Of a stretch of DNA of 64,000 bases, positions 9,932 to 19,277 are shown one piece after another; position 1 is the first letter of the stretch, and each line of letters opens with the position of its first letter. Location: the NCBI GenBank assembly GCA_963850305.1, contig CAWKKR010000001.1:640001-704000 (forward strand), read 5' to 3'. This stretch comes from an uncultured delta proteobacterium. Its GTDB lineage: Bacteria; Myxococcota_A; Polyangia; Polyangiales; Polyangiaceae. The translations under genes and the position numbers were made by a program. The notes under the pieces are model-generated. The model saw only the letters and a program-made list of their open reading frames with translations, was not told where the DNA came from and did not search any database.

Positions 9932-11130
9932 CGGAGTGCTCGCGCACCTGGGAAGCGTCCGCGCTCGAGGATGGACGGCTCGACGCGCAAAGCGTCGCCT
10001 CTTTCGAGCGTCACGTCCGGACGTGCTCGATCTGCACGCGCGAGGTGACGGAGCTCCGGCGGCTCCGCGAGCTGATGCTCCTCGCCGAACATCGTGCCTG
10101 GTCGCCGCTCGAACATCGACGGTTGCGCCAGCAGTTGCTGCGGGTCGCGAACGAGCACGCTGTTCGCCCGGCCCGAGCGGCGGGGCTGCGCTCCATGTTG
10201 CTCCTCGTAGGGGTGCTTGGTGTCGCGCCAATCACCGTCGTCGCGTTCAGGCATGCGTCGGTTCGGGCGACGATCTCGACGAGTCGAGGAGTCCCGGCCC
10301 CGCACTACGAACTGGACCCCGGAATCGAGGCCGCGTTTCACGTGTCGACCCTCGGCCCGGTACGTCGCATCGCGCTCCGCGAGGGCAGCCTGAAGATTCA
10401 CGTCGAACATTTGCTGCCGCAGCAGAGGTTCCTCGTCGATCTACCGGATGGTGAGCTGGAGGTCCGGGGCACGCGCTTCGTCGTGGAAGCGTCGGAGGGT
10501 CATACGAAGCACGTGCACGTGTTCGAAGGGCTCGTTGCACTCCGGTTGAACGGAGAGAGCGAGCGGCTCATCGCCTCGGGGCAGGACTGGGTCGAGCAGG
10601 CAACGACCTCGCCGGGCGACCACGGCTCGGGCCGAGGAGCGCCCGTCGCGAAGGCTCGAGCCATACCCGCTCCCAGTAACGTCGCGCCGCGGTCGACGCC
10701 AGGCGCGCGCGGAGTGTCGCCGATGGCGAGGAGGGTTGAACACTCGCTTTCGAGTTCGTCCTCTGCCCCGGGCGCGAAGTCCGGCGAAGACCACGACGTC
10801 GGGCCGGCTCCAGGTGCAAACGCCGAATCGATCGGTTCGCGAGACGCATCGGCCGCGTTCGTCGCGGGAATGAATGCGTTCTCGACGGGCGCCTATCGCG
10901 AGGCGGACGAACGGTTCGCAGAATTCGCCGCCAGGTTCGGCGGCGATCCTCACAGCGAAGATGCGGACTATCTGCGCGTCGTGATCGCGCTGCGGCGAGG
11001 CGACCACTCTACGGCCGTCGTACGCGCGCGTGACTACATGACGTTGTTTCCGCACGGCCTCCGGCGCACGGAACTCGAGCGGCTCCTCGGTGATGCGAAC
11101 CCTACTGGAGTGTCAGATGCATCGCCGTGA
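9928..11130 (+). CDS. Anti-sigma factor: zinc-binding HxxxCxxC + TM + FecR domain + C-terminal TPR-like helices
   Basis: 'HVRTCSIC'; TM 'MLLLVGVLGVAPITVV'; FecR motif 'LEVRGTRFVV..VFEGLV'; GTGA overlap with sigma. Confidence 0.85.
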   Translation: MTECSRTWEASALEDGRLDAQSVASFERHVRTCSICTREVTELRRLRELMLLAEHRAWSPLEHRRLRQQLLRVANEHAVRPARAAGLRSMLLLVGVLGVAPITVVAFRHASVRATISTSRGVPAPHYELDPGIEAAFHVSTLGPVRRIALREGSLKIHVEHLLPQQRFLVDLPDGELEVRGTRFVVEASEGHTKHVHVFEGLVALRLNGESERLIASGQDWVEQATTSPGDHGSGRGAPVAKARAIPAPSNVAPRSTPGARGVSPMARRVEHSLSSSSSAPGAKSGEDHDVGPAPGANAESIGSRDASAAFVAGMNAFSTGAYREADERFAEFAARFGGDPHSEDADYLRVVIALRRGDHSTAVVRARDYMTLFPHGLRRTELERLLGDANPTGVSDASP

Positions 11131-11911
11131 AGTTCCCTGCATCGGGCGGCGTGACGTTGAGCGGCGAGGCGCTCTTGACGAACGTGACCGCGGTTTGAAT
11201 CGGAGCCGGGCCGAAGAACGGAAAGGCGTCGCTCTCCGCGAACGTGACGTTCACCGAGTAGTTCCCGTCGGGGACCGGATTGCCCGACAGGTCCGTGCAA
11301 TTCCAAGTTGCCGTGTGCGGGCCGTGGTTCGGCAGCGTTGCGCCCGTGACCGCGTCCACGACGTTACCGCCGGACGCCGTCTCCCACGCGGTCGCGTTGC
11401 CGATACGCGCAACGCCCCACTCCTGCAGAGTCTTCACGAACTTTCCGGAACCGTCGTCGATCCAGATCGCACCCACGTTCCGGGGCGCGTACGTGCCGTG
11501 CGCGGTGACCGTCGTCACCATGAACGTGAAGGTGCAGGTGCCGGAGTTCGTCCCGGGCGCGCCGCCCGATCCGGAGGCTCCACCCGCGGCAAAGGCGCCA
11601 CCAGCACTCGCGACGATCTGGCCGCCTGCGCCGTAAACGTAAGCCCCACCTGCGCCAACGGATTGACCGCCCGCACCGTTCGAACCCGCGGTGCCTCCGA
11701 AAAAGCCGCCGGTGCCTTGTTGCACGTACCCACCACCCGCGCCGTCCGGTTGTCCGCCCCCGTTGGGCGCGGAGAAATCGTAGTCAGCTCCTGCGACGTC
11801 CTGGCTCCGGGTCCACAGCGACGGATCGCTGCCGGAGACGGAGCCGCAGGCGAGCGCGCCGAGGCACGACAGTTGAACCCAGAGTCGTCGACGCTTCATG
11901 GTGTCACTCAC
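11102..11911 (-). CDS. DUF2271-family lipoprotein with flavinylation motif
   Basis: Lipobox 'ALAC'; 'AIWIDDGSGKFVKTL..W', 'DAVTGAT' (11336-11356), 'WNCTD..VPDGNY'. Confidence 0.8.
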   Translation of the reverse strand: MSDTMKRRRLWVQLSCLGALACGSVSGSDPSLWTRSQDVAGADYDFSAPNGGGQPDGAGGGYVQQGTGGFFGGTAGSNGAGGQSVGAGGAYVYGAGGQIVASAGGAFAAGGASGSGGAPGTNSGTCTFTFMVTTVTAHGTYAPRNVGAIWIDDGSGKFVKTLQEWGVARIGNATAWETASGGNVVDAVTGATLPNHGPHTATWNCTDLSGNPVPDGNYSVNVTFAESDAFPFFGPAPIQTAVTFVKSASPLNVTPPDAGNFTAMHLTLQ

Positions 11912-11961
11912 CCTGAGACATGTTGGCGCGCGATTCGCGCAAACACAACCGACAGCACCTC

Positions 11962-12007
11962 GATGAGATCATTCTGAGCGCAAATGAGAAATGAGTAATG
12001 AGTAATG
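11962..12007. promoter_or_regulatory. AT-rich operator-like sequence (Fur-box-like element plus 7-bp AATGAG repeats) in a divergent intergenic region
   Basis: GATGAGATCATTCTGAG followed by AATGAG at 11983, 11990, 11997 and AATG at 12004. Confidence 0.45.
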
Positions 12008-12097
12008 CCATGCGCTCGAGGTGCGATCGAACGCCTGATTCCATGCGCGTCTGGTTACTGGAGCCGCGTGCTGCGTGTCGATGGAGGATCATCGCGA

Positions 12098-12316
12098 GTG
12101 AAATATTTCAGCGCGCTGTCTTGGACGGTCGGTCTCCTGGCCACGCTCGCGACTTGCGGCTGCGCGCACGTGGCCGCGTACGAGCGCGGGAAGCTGGCCC
12201 ATCCGACCATGGAACCCTCGGACGGGTCGAGCGTCGCGCGGGAACACGTCTACGCCATCCACGAAGGCGCGATGGGCGGAACGATCGGCGCCGCGAGCGG
12301 ATGTGGCTGCAATTGA
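12098..12316 (+). CDS. DUF4266-family small lipoprotein
   Basis: GGAGGA RBS; 'GCAHVAAYERGKLAHPTM..EHVYAIHEGAMGG..GCGCN' C-terminus. Confidence 0.88.
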   Translation: MKYFSALSWTVGLLATLATCGCAHVAAYERGKLAHPTMEPSDGSSVAREHVYAIHEGAMGGTIGAASGCGCN

Positions 12317-12337
12317 TTCGAATCCAGAGCTGCTAGC

Positions 12338-13594
12338 GTGCGCTTCCAAGGCAGAAACTGGGCGCTTCCGCTCGTGGTGATGGCGATACTTCCGCGCGGC
12401 ACGGCGCGCGCGGACGAGAACAATCCGCATACGCGCGACGCCCCTGCACAGGCAACGACGCCCGAGGCAGCTCCCACCTCGGCGGGAAGCGATCTGGTCG
12501 TGAAGGCGAAGAGCGAGGTGTCCGTCTACAACGACACGGACAACGTCCACGTCTTCACGCCGGCGGTAGAGGCGTCCGTAGAGAACCCGGTCACCGGGTG
12601 GACCGCAGCCGGCAGCTACCTCGTGGACGTCGTGTCTGCGGCGTCCGTCGACATCGTATCGACGGCGAGCGGGCATTGGACCGAGACGCGGCAGGCCGGA
12701 ACACTGAGCGCCGGCTACAAGCCCGGCGCCGTGGGAGTTACGTTGTCCGGAGCCACCTCACGCGAACCCGATTACCTCTCCTTCTCGGGGGGTGTCGCGC
12801 TCGGGCTCGAGCTCTCCGACAAGACGGTCAATCCCACGTTCGCGTATTCCTACACCCACGACACGGCGGGCCGAAGCGGCACCCCCTTCTCCGTTTTTTC
12901 GCAAGAGCTCGCGCGCCACACCTTTACGGGCGCGCTCGAGCTCATCCTGGACCCTTCGACGCTCGTAACGCTGTCCGCGGACGGCATCTTCGAGGTCGGG
13001 GATCAGACGAAGCCTTACCGCTTTCTGCCAATGTTCGCGCCGAGCGTTGCGGCGACGCTCGCGCCCGGCGCGTCGATCGCGGAGGTCAACCGCGTCAGAC
13101 TCCCGGGCCGCGTCGCCGAACACTTGCCGGGAACCCGCGATCGCTTCGCGCTTTCGGGACGCCTTGCGCAGCGCCTGTCGGGCTCCACCTTCATTCTATC
13201 CGAACGCCTTTACGCGGATGACTGGGGGCTCAAGGCAAGCTCGACCGATCTACGACTCGTCATCGACGCGAGCCGACGCGTATTCTTGTGGGCGCACCTC
13301 CGTGGACACGTGCAGTCGTCCGTGACGTTCTGGCGGCTTGCTTACGCCGCGGAGATCACCGGAGGAGGGCCGCTCACGTATCCGGAGTACCGAACGGGGG
13401 ATCGGGAAGAGAGTGCCCTTTCGTCAGGCACGGTGGGTGCAGGCGTGAGGTGGAACTTCGGGGCCGCTTCCCGGCCGGAAGCATGGGGCCTCGTGTTCCA
13501 GGCGGACCTCATGACGACCCTCTTCAACGATGCGCTGTTCATCGCGAACCGTGAGGCCTATCTCGGCGTTCTCCAGCTGGAGTCGGAGTTCTGA
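12338..13594 (+). CDS. DUF3570-family outer-membrane beta-barrel
   Basis: Follows DUF4266; 'YLVDVVSAASVDIVSTAS..ETR', 'SREPDYLS', 'RLYADDWGL'; C-terminal Phe. Confidence 0.83.
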   Translation: MRFQGRNWALPLVVMAILPRGTARADENNPHTRDAPAQATTPEAAPTSAGSDLVVKAKSEVSVYNDTDNVHVFTPAVEASVENPVTGWTAAGSYLVDVVSAASVDIVSTASGHWTETRQAGTLSAGYKPGAVGVTLSGATSREPDYLSFSGGVALGLELSDKTVNPTFAYSYTHDTAGRSGTPFSVFSQELARHTFTGALELILDPSTLVTLSADGIFEVGDQTKPYRFLPMFAPSVAATLAPGASIAEVNRVRLPGRVAEHLPGTRDRFALSGRLAQRLSGSTFILSERLYADDWGLKASSTDLRLVIDASRRVFLWAHLRGHVQSSVTFWRLAYAAEITGGGPLTYPEYRTGDREESALSSGTVGAGVRWNFGAASRPEAWGLVFQADLMTTLFNDALFIANREAYLGVLQLESEF

Positions 13595-14115
13595 TGCGCG
13601 CGGCCTTCCTCCTCCTCGCGGTCGCAGCGCTCGGCTGTTCCGACCCGGTGCAATCTCAGGAGAGAGAAGCGCTCGGCGGCGAAGTCCCCGGAGTTCCCAA
13701 GGGGCCGTTGCATCGCCCGGGTGAACCGTGCCTCGTGTGCCACGACGGAAGTGGTCCCGGGAACGTCGTGTTCTCGCTCGCAGGGACGGTGTACCAAAAT
13801 CAAGACTCGACCACGCCTTTGTCCGACGCGCTCGTGAAGTTCGTCGACTCCACCGGGCGCGAGTACTCCACCGCGAGCAACTGCGCCGGAAACTTCTTCG
13901 TCATGCGCGACGACTACGAGCCAACTTATCCCCTCTGGGTGAAGATACAGTTCGGCACCGCCGGCGCGGGTCCAGTCGAACAATCGATGGGGTCGCCCAT
14001 CTATCGGCAGGGTTCGTGCGCTTATTGCCACACGGCGGAGCCGGGCCCCGACTCCGCGGGTCCAGTGTACTTCGCACCGCCGGGCGTGCCGTTTCCGGAG
14101 CAGTGTGGGCGATGA
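13594..14115 (+). CDS. Di-haem c-type cytochrome lipoprotein
   Basis: Lipobox 'ALGC'; CLVCH and CAYCH haem motifs flanking a beta-sandwich-like segment. Confidence 0.8.
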   Translation: MRAAFLLLAVAALGCSDPVQSQEREALGGEVPGVPKGPLHRPGEPCLVCHDGSGPGNVVFSLAGTVYQNQDSTTPLSDALVKFVDSTGREYSTASNCAGNFFVMRDDYEPTYPLWVKIQFGTAGAGPVEQSMGSPIYRQGSCAYCHTAEPGPDSAGPVYFAPPGVPFPEQCGR

Positions 14116-14639
14116 TACAACCGGTGCGTTACTCCTCCGTTCTCGCTTCGATCCTGGGCCTCGCGCTGACCGCGTGCGCTGGACCGTCCGGCGACCAGGT
14201 CTTCGTCGAGGACGCACCGACGACGATGAACTTCGACAGTGTCAGCGACGCGCTCGAGATGCATTGCGGCACGCTCGATTGCCACGGGAACACTTCCAGG
14301 AACTTCCGGATCTACGGGATCGACGGCTCCCGTCTGGCAGGATCGGATGTCCCGGGTGGGAACCCGACCACGAGCGCGGAGTACGCTGAAACCTATGAAT
14401 CGATCGTGTCGCTCCAGCCCGAGGTGCTGAGCGAGATAGTCGCGCAGGGTGGCGCACGCCCGGAGCGCTTCATCGTCATCACCAAGGGCCGCGGTACCGA
14501 ACACCACAAGGGCGGCGTCAGAATGAACCAGGGCGACGCGACGGACGTGTGCATCACGTCGTGGCTAACCGGAACGGTCAACACCGACGCCTGCACGAGC
14601 GCGACTGCGGTGAGTCCGCCGAGCGTCAACGGGTTTTGA
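14112..14639 (+). CDS. Putative cytochrome c-like lipoprotein with atypical CX4CH motif
   Basis: Lipobox 'LTAC'; 'CGTLDCHG' and downstream 'HHKGG'; ATGA overlap with previous gene. Confidence 0.7.
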   Translation: MIQPVRYSSVLASILGLALTACAGPSGDQVFVEDAPTTMNFDSVSDALEMHCGTLDCHGNTSRNFRIYGIDGSRLAGSDVPGGNPTTSAEYAETYESIVSLQPEVLSEIVAQGGARPERFIVITKGRGTEHHKGGVRMNQGDATDVCITSWLTGTVNTDACTSATAVSPPSVNGF

Positions 14640-14644
14640 GCGAT

Positions 14645-15835
14645 ATGCGCGGACTGCCTTCGATTGCGTTCTGGGCTGCAGCGCTGGTCTGCACCTCGAC
14701 GGCCCACGCCGCGGGCAGGGACGAACGTGCCCTCGCCGCCGGCAGTCACGCGATGAACGATCTCTTCGCGTCGGCGAAATTCGATGCAGCGAAGGCCGAG
14801 CTCTCGCGGGCCGTTGCGGAGTGTCGAGGATGCGCGAATGGCACGCTCGCGAAGCTGCACGTCGACCTGGGCATCGTGGCATTTACGGCGTTTCAGGATT
14901 CCAAGAAAGGGACCTCCGAGTTCGCCATCGCGAAGAAGCTCGACCCGACCGTCACGCTGGACCCGGTGTTCACCACGCCGGATGTACAAGCGGCGTTCGA
15001 CGCCGCGGCGGGACACGGCAACTCCGTACAACCCGCGAACGTCGTCCTGGAAGACGAACCCGACGACTCCGAGGGGCCGGTCGCCAAGAAGCATGTCGCG
15101 CACGAGGAACCCGAACCCCCGCCCGAGGACGAACGCGCATCCACGAAACCGACGGTTCCCGCGCCGCGCCATTCGACGCCGAGGGTCTGGCTCACGCTCG
15201 GTCTGATCCAGGACGTCACGGTCGTCTCGGGGAGCAACGTGTGCGACGAGCAGAGTCAGGTCCACGGCAGCTTCGTTTGCCTGCGCGCCTCGGGGAGCCA
15301 GTACCACGGCACGCCGTTGGCCGGCGCCGCCGGCAATGCCAGCGGTGTCTCGTTCGCGACGACGCGCGTCGCCTTCGCTTCGTACTTCCCCTTGTGGAGC
15401 CAGGTGAGCGCAGGACTCCGCATCGCTTACGCCGTCGCGGGACAGGGTCCACGGGCGGACGGCGGTCCCCAGTTCATCCCGCTCCAGGTAGAAGCACAGG
15501 GGGCCTACTGGTTCTCCCATGACGCGTTTTCGAGCGAAGGTGTGGGGCCGTTCGCCGAACTCTCGGGTGGCGTGGCCGAGATCGACGGTAGCGCGAAGGT
15601 CACCGTCAAAGAGAACACCGCCGTGCCTCCGCCGCCGAATCAGCTCGACAATCCGCCCGTGCAATCGCTCGACGCTTACCGGAAGAGCGGCTCCGGTTTC
15701 GTGAGCGCGGGCATCGGCGCGTTCTTCCCATTCGCCGAAGCGGCAGGAGTCCTTGCCGACCTCCGCGCCAGCGCGTTGTTTCCCAGTCCGGGCTTTGCAA
15801 TGAGCCTCGGGCTCTCGGGCGCACTCGGACTTTAG
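14645..15835 (+). CDS. Secreted hypothetical protein (TPR-like N-terminus, Pro-rich linker, barrel-like C-terminus)
   Basis: Signal peptide 'TSTAHA'; helical N-domain; beta-rich C-domain. Confidence 0.7.
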   Translation: MRGLPSIAFWAAALVCTSTAHAAGRDERALAAGSHAMNDLFASAKFDAAKAELSRAVAECRGCANGTLAKLHVDLGIVAFTAFQDSKKGTSEFAIAKKLDPTVTLDPVFTTPDVQAAFDAAAGHGNSVQPANVVLEDEPDDSEGPVAKKHVAHEEPEPPPEDERASTKPTVPAPRHSTPRVWLTLGLIQDVTVVSGSNVCDEQSQVHGSFVCLRASGSQYHGTPLAGAAGNASGVSFATTRVAFASYFPLWSQVSAGLRIAYAVAGQGPRADGGPQFIPLQVEAQGAYWFSHDAFSSEGVGPFAELSGGVAEIDGSAKVTVKENTAVPPPPNQLDNPPVQSLDAYRKSGSGFVSAGIGAFFPFAEAAGVLADLRASALFPSPGFAMSLGLSGALGL

Positions 15836-15838
15836 CCG

Positions 15839-16864
15839 TCAGCGTCCTTTTCCGAAGCTCCCGACCCCCACCCGCCTGCACCTCTCGCTCCCACCGACGC
15901 GCACGACGTCTCTGAGAAGACCGAGGTAGACGTAGTCCTCGAGGGTCTTCCAGACCACGCGCCCCCCGTCCACCGTTTCCGTGTAGACGTCGTCGCTTCC
16001 GCCACTGGGCGTCGCGTCGGACGACATGGGGGCGTCGAGCCCAGCGTCTCGGCTCGACGTGGTTCCGCCGTCTGACGAGTCCGCGTGCAGGGCCGCTCCT
16101 ACGTCGCCGAGCGGAACCTGTCCGAGCTCGGCCAGGGTGATCGCTCCGTCGCCGTTTCCGTACTCGTCGTCAGCGGCTGCGAAGGGGGCGAACCTCGGAA
16201 CCGCGATTGCCGGATCGAGCGTGTCGTAGAAGAGGGCTTCCCCGTGAACGTGGAGATCGAAAGTCGCAGCAGCACCCCCTCTCAGATCGAACTCGTCCGT
16301 CGCCGCGTCGCCCTCCAGTGGAGTGCACCCGTCGTAAGAGACGGGATCGCGGAACGCCCAGCTGAAGGTCTTCGTGACCCCGCCTTTCGTTGCCCGGCCC
16401 AGCGCGAAGACGCTGATGCCGCGATTCGTTCCGTAGGCATCGGAGCCAGGAGTGCCCATGAATGTCTTGTCGGCGTCCGAAACCCCCTCACCGAGAACCG
16501 AATCGGTCTCGGGACCTGCGACTCGGACGGTGAAGTAGCAAGGGCCGAGCGCGTAGAGGATGCTGAGCTTCTGCGCGCCACCGATTTGCATGTCGAGGAT
16601 ACGGCGGTAGTCGGCGTTGTAGTAGCTCGCGCAGGAATCCCCTTCCAGCGACGCTTCCCCGATGGACAGCAGGAACCGATCGTAGGAGACCATCCAGCCG
16701 TCGGCGGTGAGAAAGGGCGCCTTGCTTCCGAGGAGAGGTGCGTCGCCCGATACCGTCGCATAGACGCTTCCAGGGACGGGGCGCGTGTCTTTCGGCAAGC
16801 AGGACGCCATCGCGAGGCCACATGCGGAAACCCAGCACACGCACACCGAGGGTCGCGATCGCAT
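15839..16864 (-). CDS. Hypothetical lipoprotein downstream of TonB-dependent receptor
   Basis: Lipobox-like 'MASC'; 'TADGWMVSYDRFLLSIG'; EF-hand-like 'NGDGAITLAEL'. Confidence 0.75.
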   Translation of the reverse strand: MRSRPSVCVCWVSACGLAMASCLPKDTRPVPGSVYATVSGDAPLLGSKAPFLTADGWMVSYDRFLLSIGEASLEGDSCASYYNADYRRILDMQIGGAQKLSILYALGPCYFTVRVAGPETDSVLGEGVSDADKTFMGTPGSDAYGTNRGISVFALGRATKGGVTKTFSWAFRDPVSYDGCTPLEGDAATDEFDLRGGAAATFDLHVHGEALFYDTLDPAIAVPRFAPFAAADDEYGNGDGAITLAELGQVPLGDVGAALHADSSDGGTTSSRDAGLDAPMSSDATPSGGSDDVYTETVDGGRVVWKTLEDYVYLGLLRDVVRVGGSERCRRVGVGSFGKGR

Positions 16865-16866
16865 GA

Positions 16867-19134
16867 CTAATAACCTGCCTCTACCCCGATGCTCGGAATG
16901 GAAACGGGACCGATGCGCGTCGTCCCGATGGTCTCCTTGTTCAGCGTCGCGTTCAGGAACTCGGCGACGAAGGAGATCCAGCCTCTCCGCCCGAGGCGCC
17001 ACTTTTTCTCGAGGCGAAGATCGATACGCCAGAAGGGCGGCGTGCGCTCCGGACTGAGGGTTGGGGGAAGAGGAATCGCGCTACGGACCTCCGTCACCTG
17101 AGGCACGCCGGTATAGAAGACGAGTCGTGTGCCAGCGCGCCAGTTCCGGCCGAGGTCGTACGCCAGGGCCAGATTCGCGACGTGGGTTCGATCGAACGCG
17201 CTCGGAAACGTTTCCCCATCGAGCATCCGCGTAGAGCGCGACAGTGTATAGGTCAAGAAGCCCCCGAGTCGCTTCGTCAAGTTACGCTTGATGAACAGCT
17301 CGAATCCGACGGCGTGCCCCAGGCTTCGCGGGTTGGAAAGCAGGTTGGCGCCGAGATCGCTGGTGGAAGTGCCGAGGGCATCGGTCATGTTGAAGAAGAG
17401 GTTGTCGAACACCGTCGCCGTGGCGGTGATCGCCTCGGGAAGGTCCATTTCCACGCCGGCGCTGGTCTGCAAGCCGGTCTGGAGTCCGCCTTGAAGGTTG
17501 CCGGGGACGAGACCTGGGATCGGAACGACGAACGACGGCGGTTGGTGAACGAGGCCGTAGGCATGCACGATCCGGAAGTGGTCGGTGATCTTGAACCGCG
17601 CCGAGATGCGCGGATCGACGGCCGGCGCGGCGGCCCCGCCGGAGGTGTACAGATCGACGCGCACTCCGGGAGTCACCTGAACACGCGGGCCCAGATCCAG
17701 GACGGAATCCACCCATGCTCCGACGGCGACATCGGTGCGAGCCGGAAACAGCGCGTCGTACATCCGGAGAGTGGGATCGTCCGGATCGACATAGCTCGAC
17801 TTGTCTTCGGTATAGCCGTCCATGGTGACGTCCGCCCCGGCGCGCACCACGACGCCCTTCGACACGGGGTGATGGAGCTCCACGCGCGACGACACCATGC
17901 GGTCCTGCGCGTTGCGTTGATCGGCGGCACGCGTTTGATCGTAACCGAGTGTCACGGCGGTCCGGATCGTGCTGTTCGTCCCGAACGAGTGATCGTAGCG
18001 GAGATCCAGTCTGTAAAATTCGGACCCGAAGAGGATGTTCTCGACGTTGTTCGTCGTCTGCCCGAGCAAGTCGTACGAACCGAAGCCGAATGCCGTGACC
18101 TGATCACGTGGCGTGATGTCGTAAGTAACCCGAGCTTGATAATCGCGATAATCGAGCGTCGTGTTCTTGACGATCAGCGAGAGGATTGCCGCCGTGTACG
18201 AGTAGCGGCCGCCGACGAGGACGGTGCCTCTCCCGCCGTCGAACCCCGTTTCCACCATCGCCCCTGCGTCGAAGAGGCGAATGTTGCCTTCGCCGTGAAG
18301 ATCGTCGCGGGGCGCGGTGGTCTCTCCGCTGACGATCCCACCCGCGAAGCGACCGAAGCGCGCCGGGTACCCGCCTGGATAGAGATCGACGCGATCGACC
18401 ATCGCGGGCTGGATGACCGAAGGCCCGAGTCCCACGTGAAAGAGGTACGGAACACGGACTCCGTCGAGGAAGTAACCAACGTTGCCAGGCGGCGCGCCGC
18501 GCACGTAGAAGAACGGTAACCCGGAGACGATGGGCGTCACTCCTGGCATCGCTTCGATCGCCCGGAAAGGATCGCCGAACGTCCCGGGGATCTGCCGGAC
18601 CTCCGCTCGTGTGAAGGAAGACACCTCGGGAGCCGGCCTCACCCCGACCACTTGCACCTCGGGGATGGGCGTGACCCGTCCTGACGAGACGGCGGGCTCA
18701 CTCCCAGCGGACGCCCCCTTCGCCGCCGGAGCCGTCTTCGGCGCGGTGACACGCGCGTGAAACGTCACTTCGAATCGAATGATGGACGCGACGGGCGTGC
18801 CGCCGCGCTTGGCCGGTTCGAAGTGCCAGGTGAGTGCCGCTGCCGCAGCGATTCCGGCTAGGGGCTCCTCGCCTTCGATCGCACGGGAGGCGCGCACGCT
18901 GCCATCCGCCTTGATCGTCAGCGCCAGCACTACCACCGCGTTGCCGGTGTTCTCCGGCGTGACGATCTCGACCGGGGAGATCAACCTGGGAGGGACGACC
19001 ACTGCGGCGAGCCGTGACGGAGCCGTCGACTGAGTTCGAGGGACGTCGGCTCTCGCCATGCGGCCTGCCAGGAGCGCAGCCAGCAAGACGGCGCTCACGC
19101 CGCGCCGAAGCTCTCCCCTGCCGCTCGCCGACAT
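16867..19134 (-). CDS. TonB-dependent receptor with N-terminal TonB_C domain
   Basis: TonB_C-like 'LTIKADGSV..WHFEPAKRGGTPV'; plug 'IPGTFGDPFRAIEAMPGV..VRGA'; 'YPGGYPARFGR'; C-terminal aromatic. Confidence 0.9.
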   Translation of the reverse strand: MSASGRGELRRGVSAVLLAALLAGRMARADVPRTQSTAPSRLAAVVVPPRLISPVEIVTPENTGNAVVVLALTIKADGSVRASRAIEGEEPLAGIAAAAALTWHFEPAKRGGTPVASIIRFEVTFHARVTAPKTAPAAKGASAGSEPAVSSGRVTPIPEVQVVGVRPAPEVSSFTRAEVRQIPGTFGDPFRAIEAMPGVTPIVSGLPFFYVRGAPPGNVGYFLDGVRVPYLFHVGLGPSVIQPAMVDRVDLYPGGYPARFGRFAGGIVSGETTAPRDDLHGEGNIRLFDAGAMVETGFDGGRGTVLVGGRYSYTAAILSLIVKNTTLDYRDYQARVTYDITPRDQVTAFGFGSYDLLGQTTNNVENILFGSEFYRLDLRYDHSFGTNSTIRTAVTLGYDQTRAADQRNAQDRMVSSRVELHHPVSKGVVVRAGADVTMDGYTEDKSSYVDPDDPTLRMYDALFPARTDVAVGAWVDSVLDLGPRVQVTPGVRVDLYTSGGAAAPAVDPRISARFKITDHFRIVHAYGLVHQPPSFVVPIPGLVPGNLQGGLQTGLQTSAGVEMDLPEAITATATVFDNLFFNMTDALGTSTSDLGANLLSNPRSLGHAVGFELFIKRNLTKRLGGFLTYTLSRSTRMLDGETFPSAFDRTHVANLALAYDLGRNWRAGTRLVFYTGVPQVTEVRSAIPLPPTLSPERTPPFWRIDLRLEKKWRLGRRGWISFVAEFLNATLNKETIGTTRIGPVSIPSIGVEAGY

Positions 19135-19277
19135 TGCCGCACGCTACGTCGAGCCAGCCGAACGCGTGAGACTTTGTGGCCCGCCCGATGAGCCCTGGGC
19201 GCGCGCCGGAGCCGCGGCCCCGACGAGCTCGGCGTCACGACGGCGGAATGCTCCTGGCGGCGGAGAGTGACGCCGCG

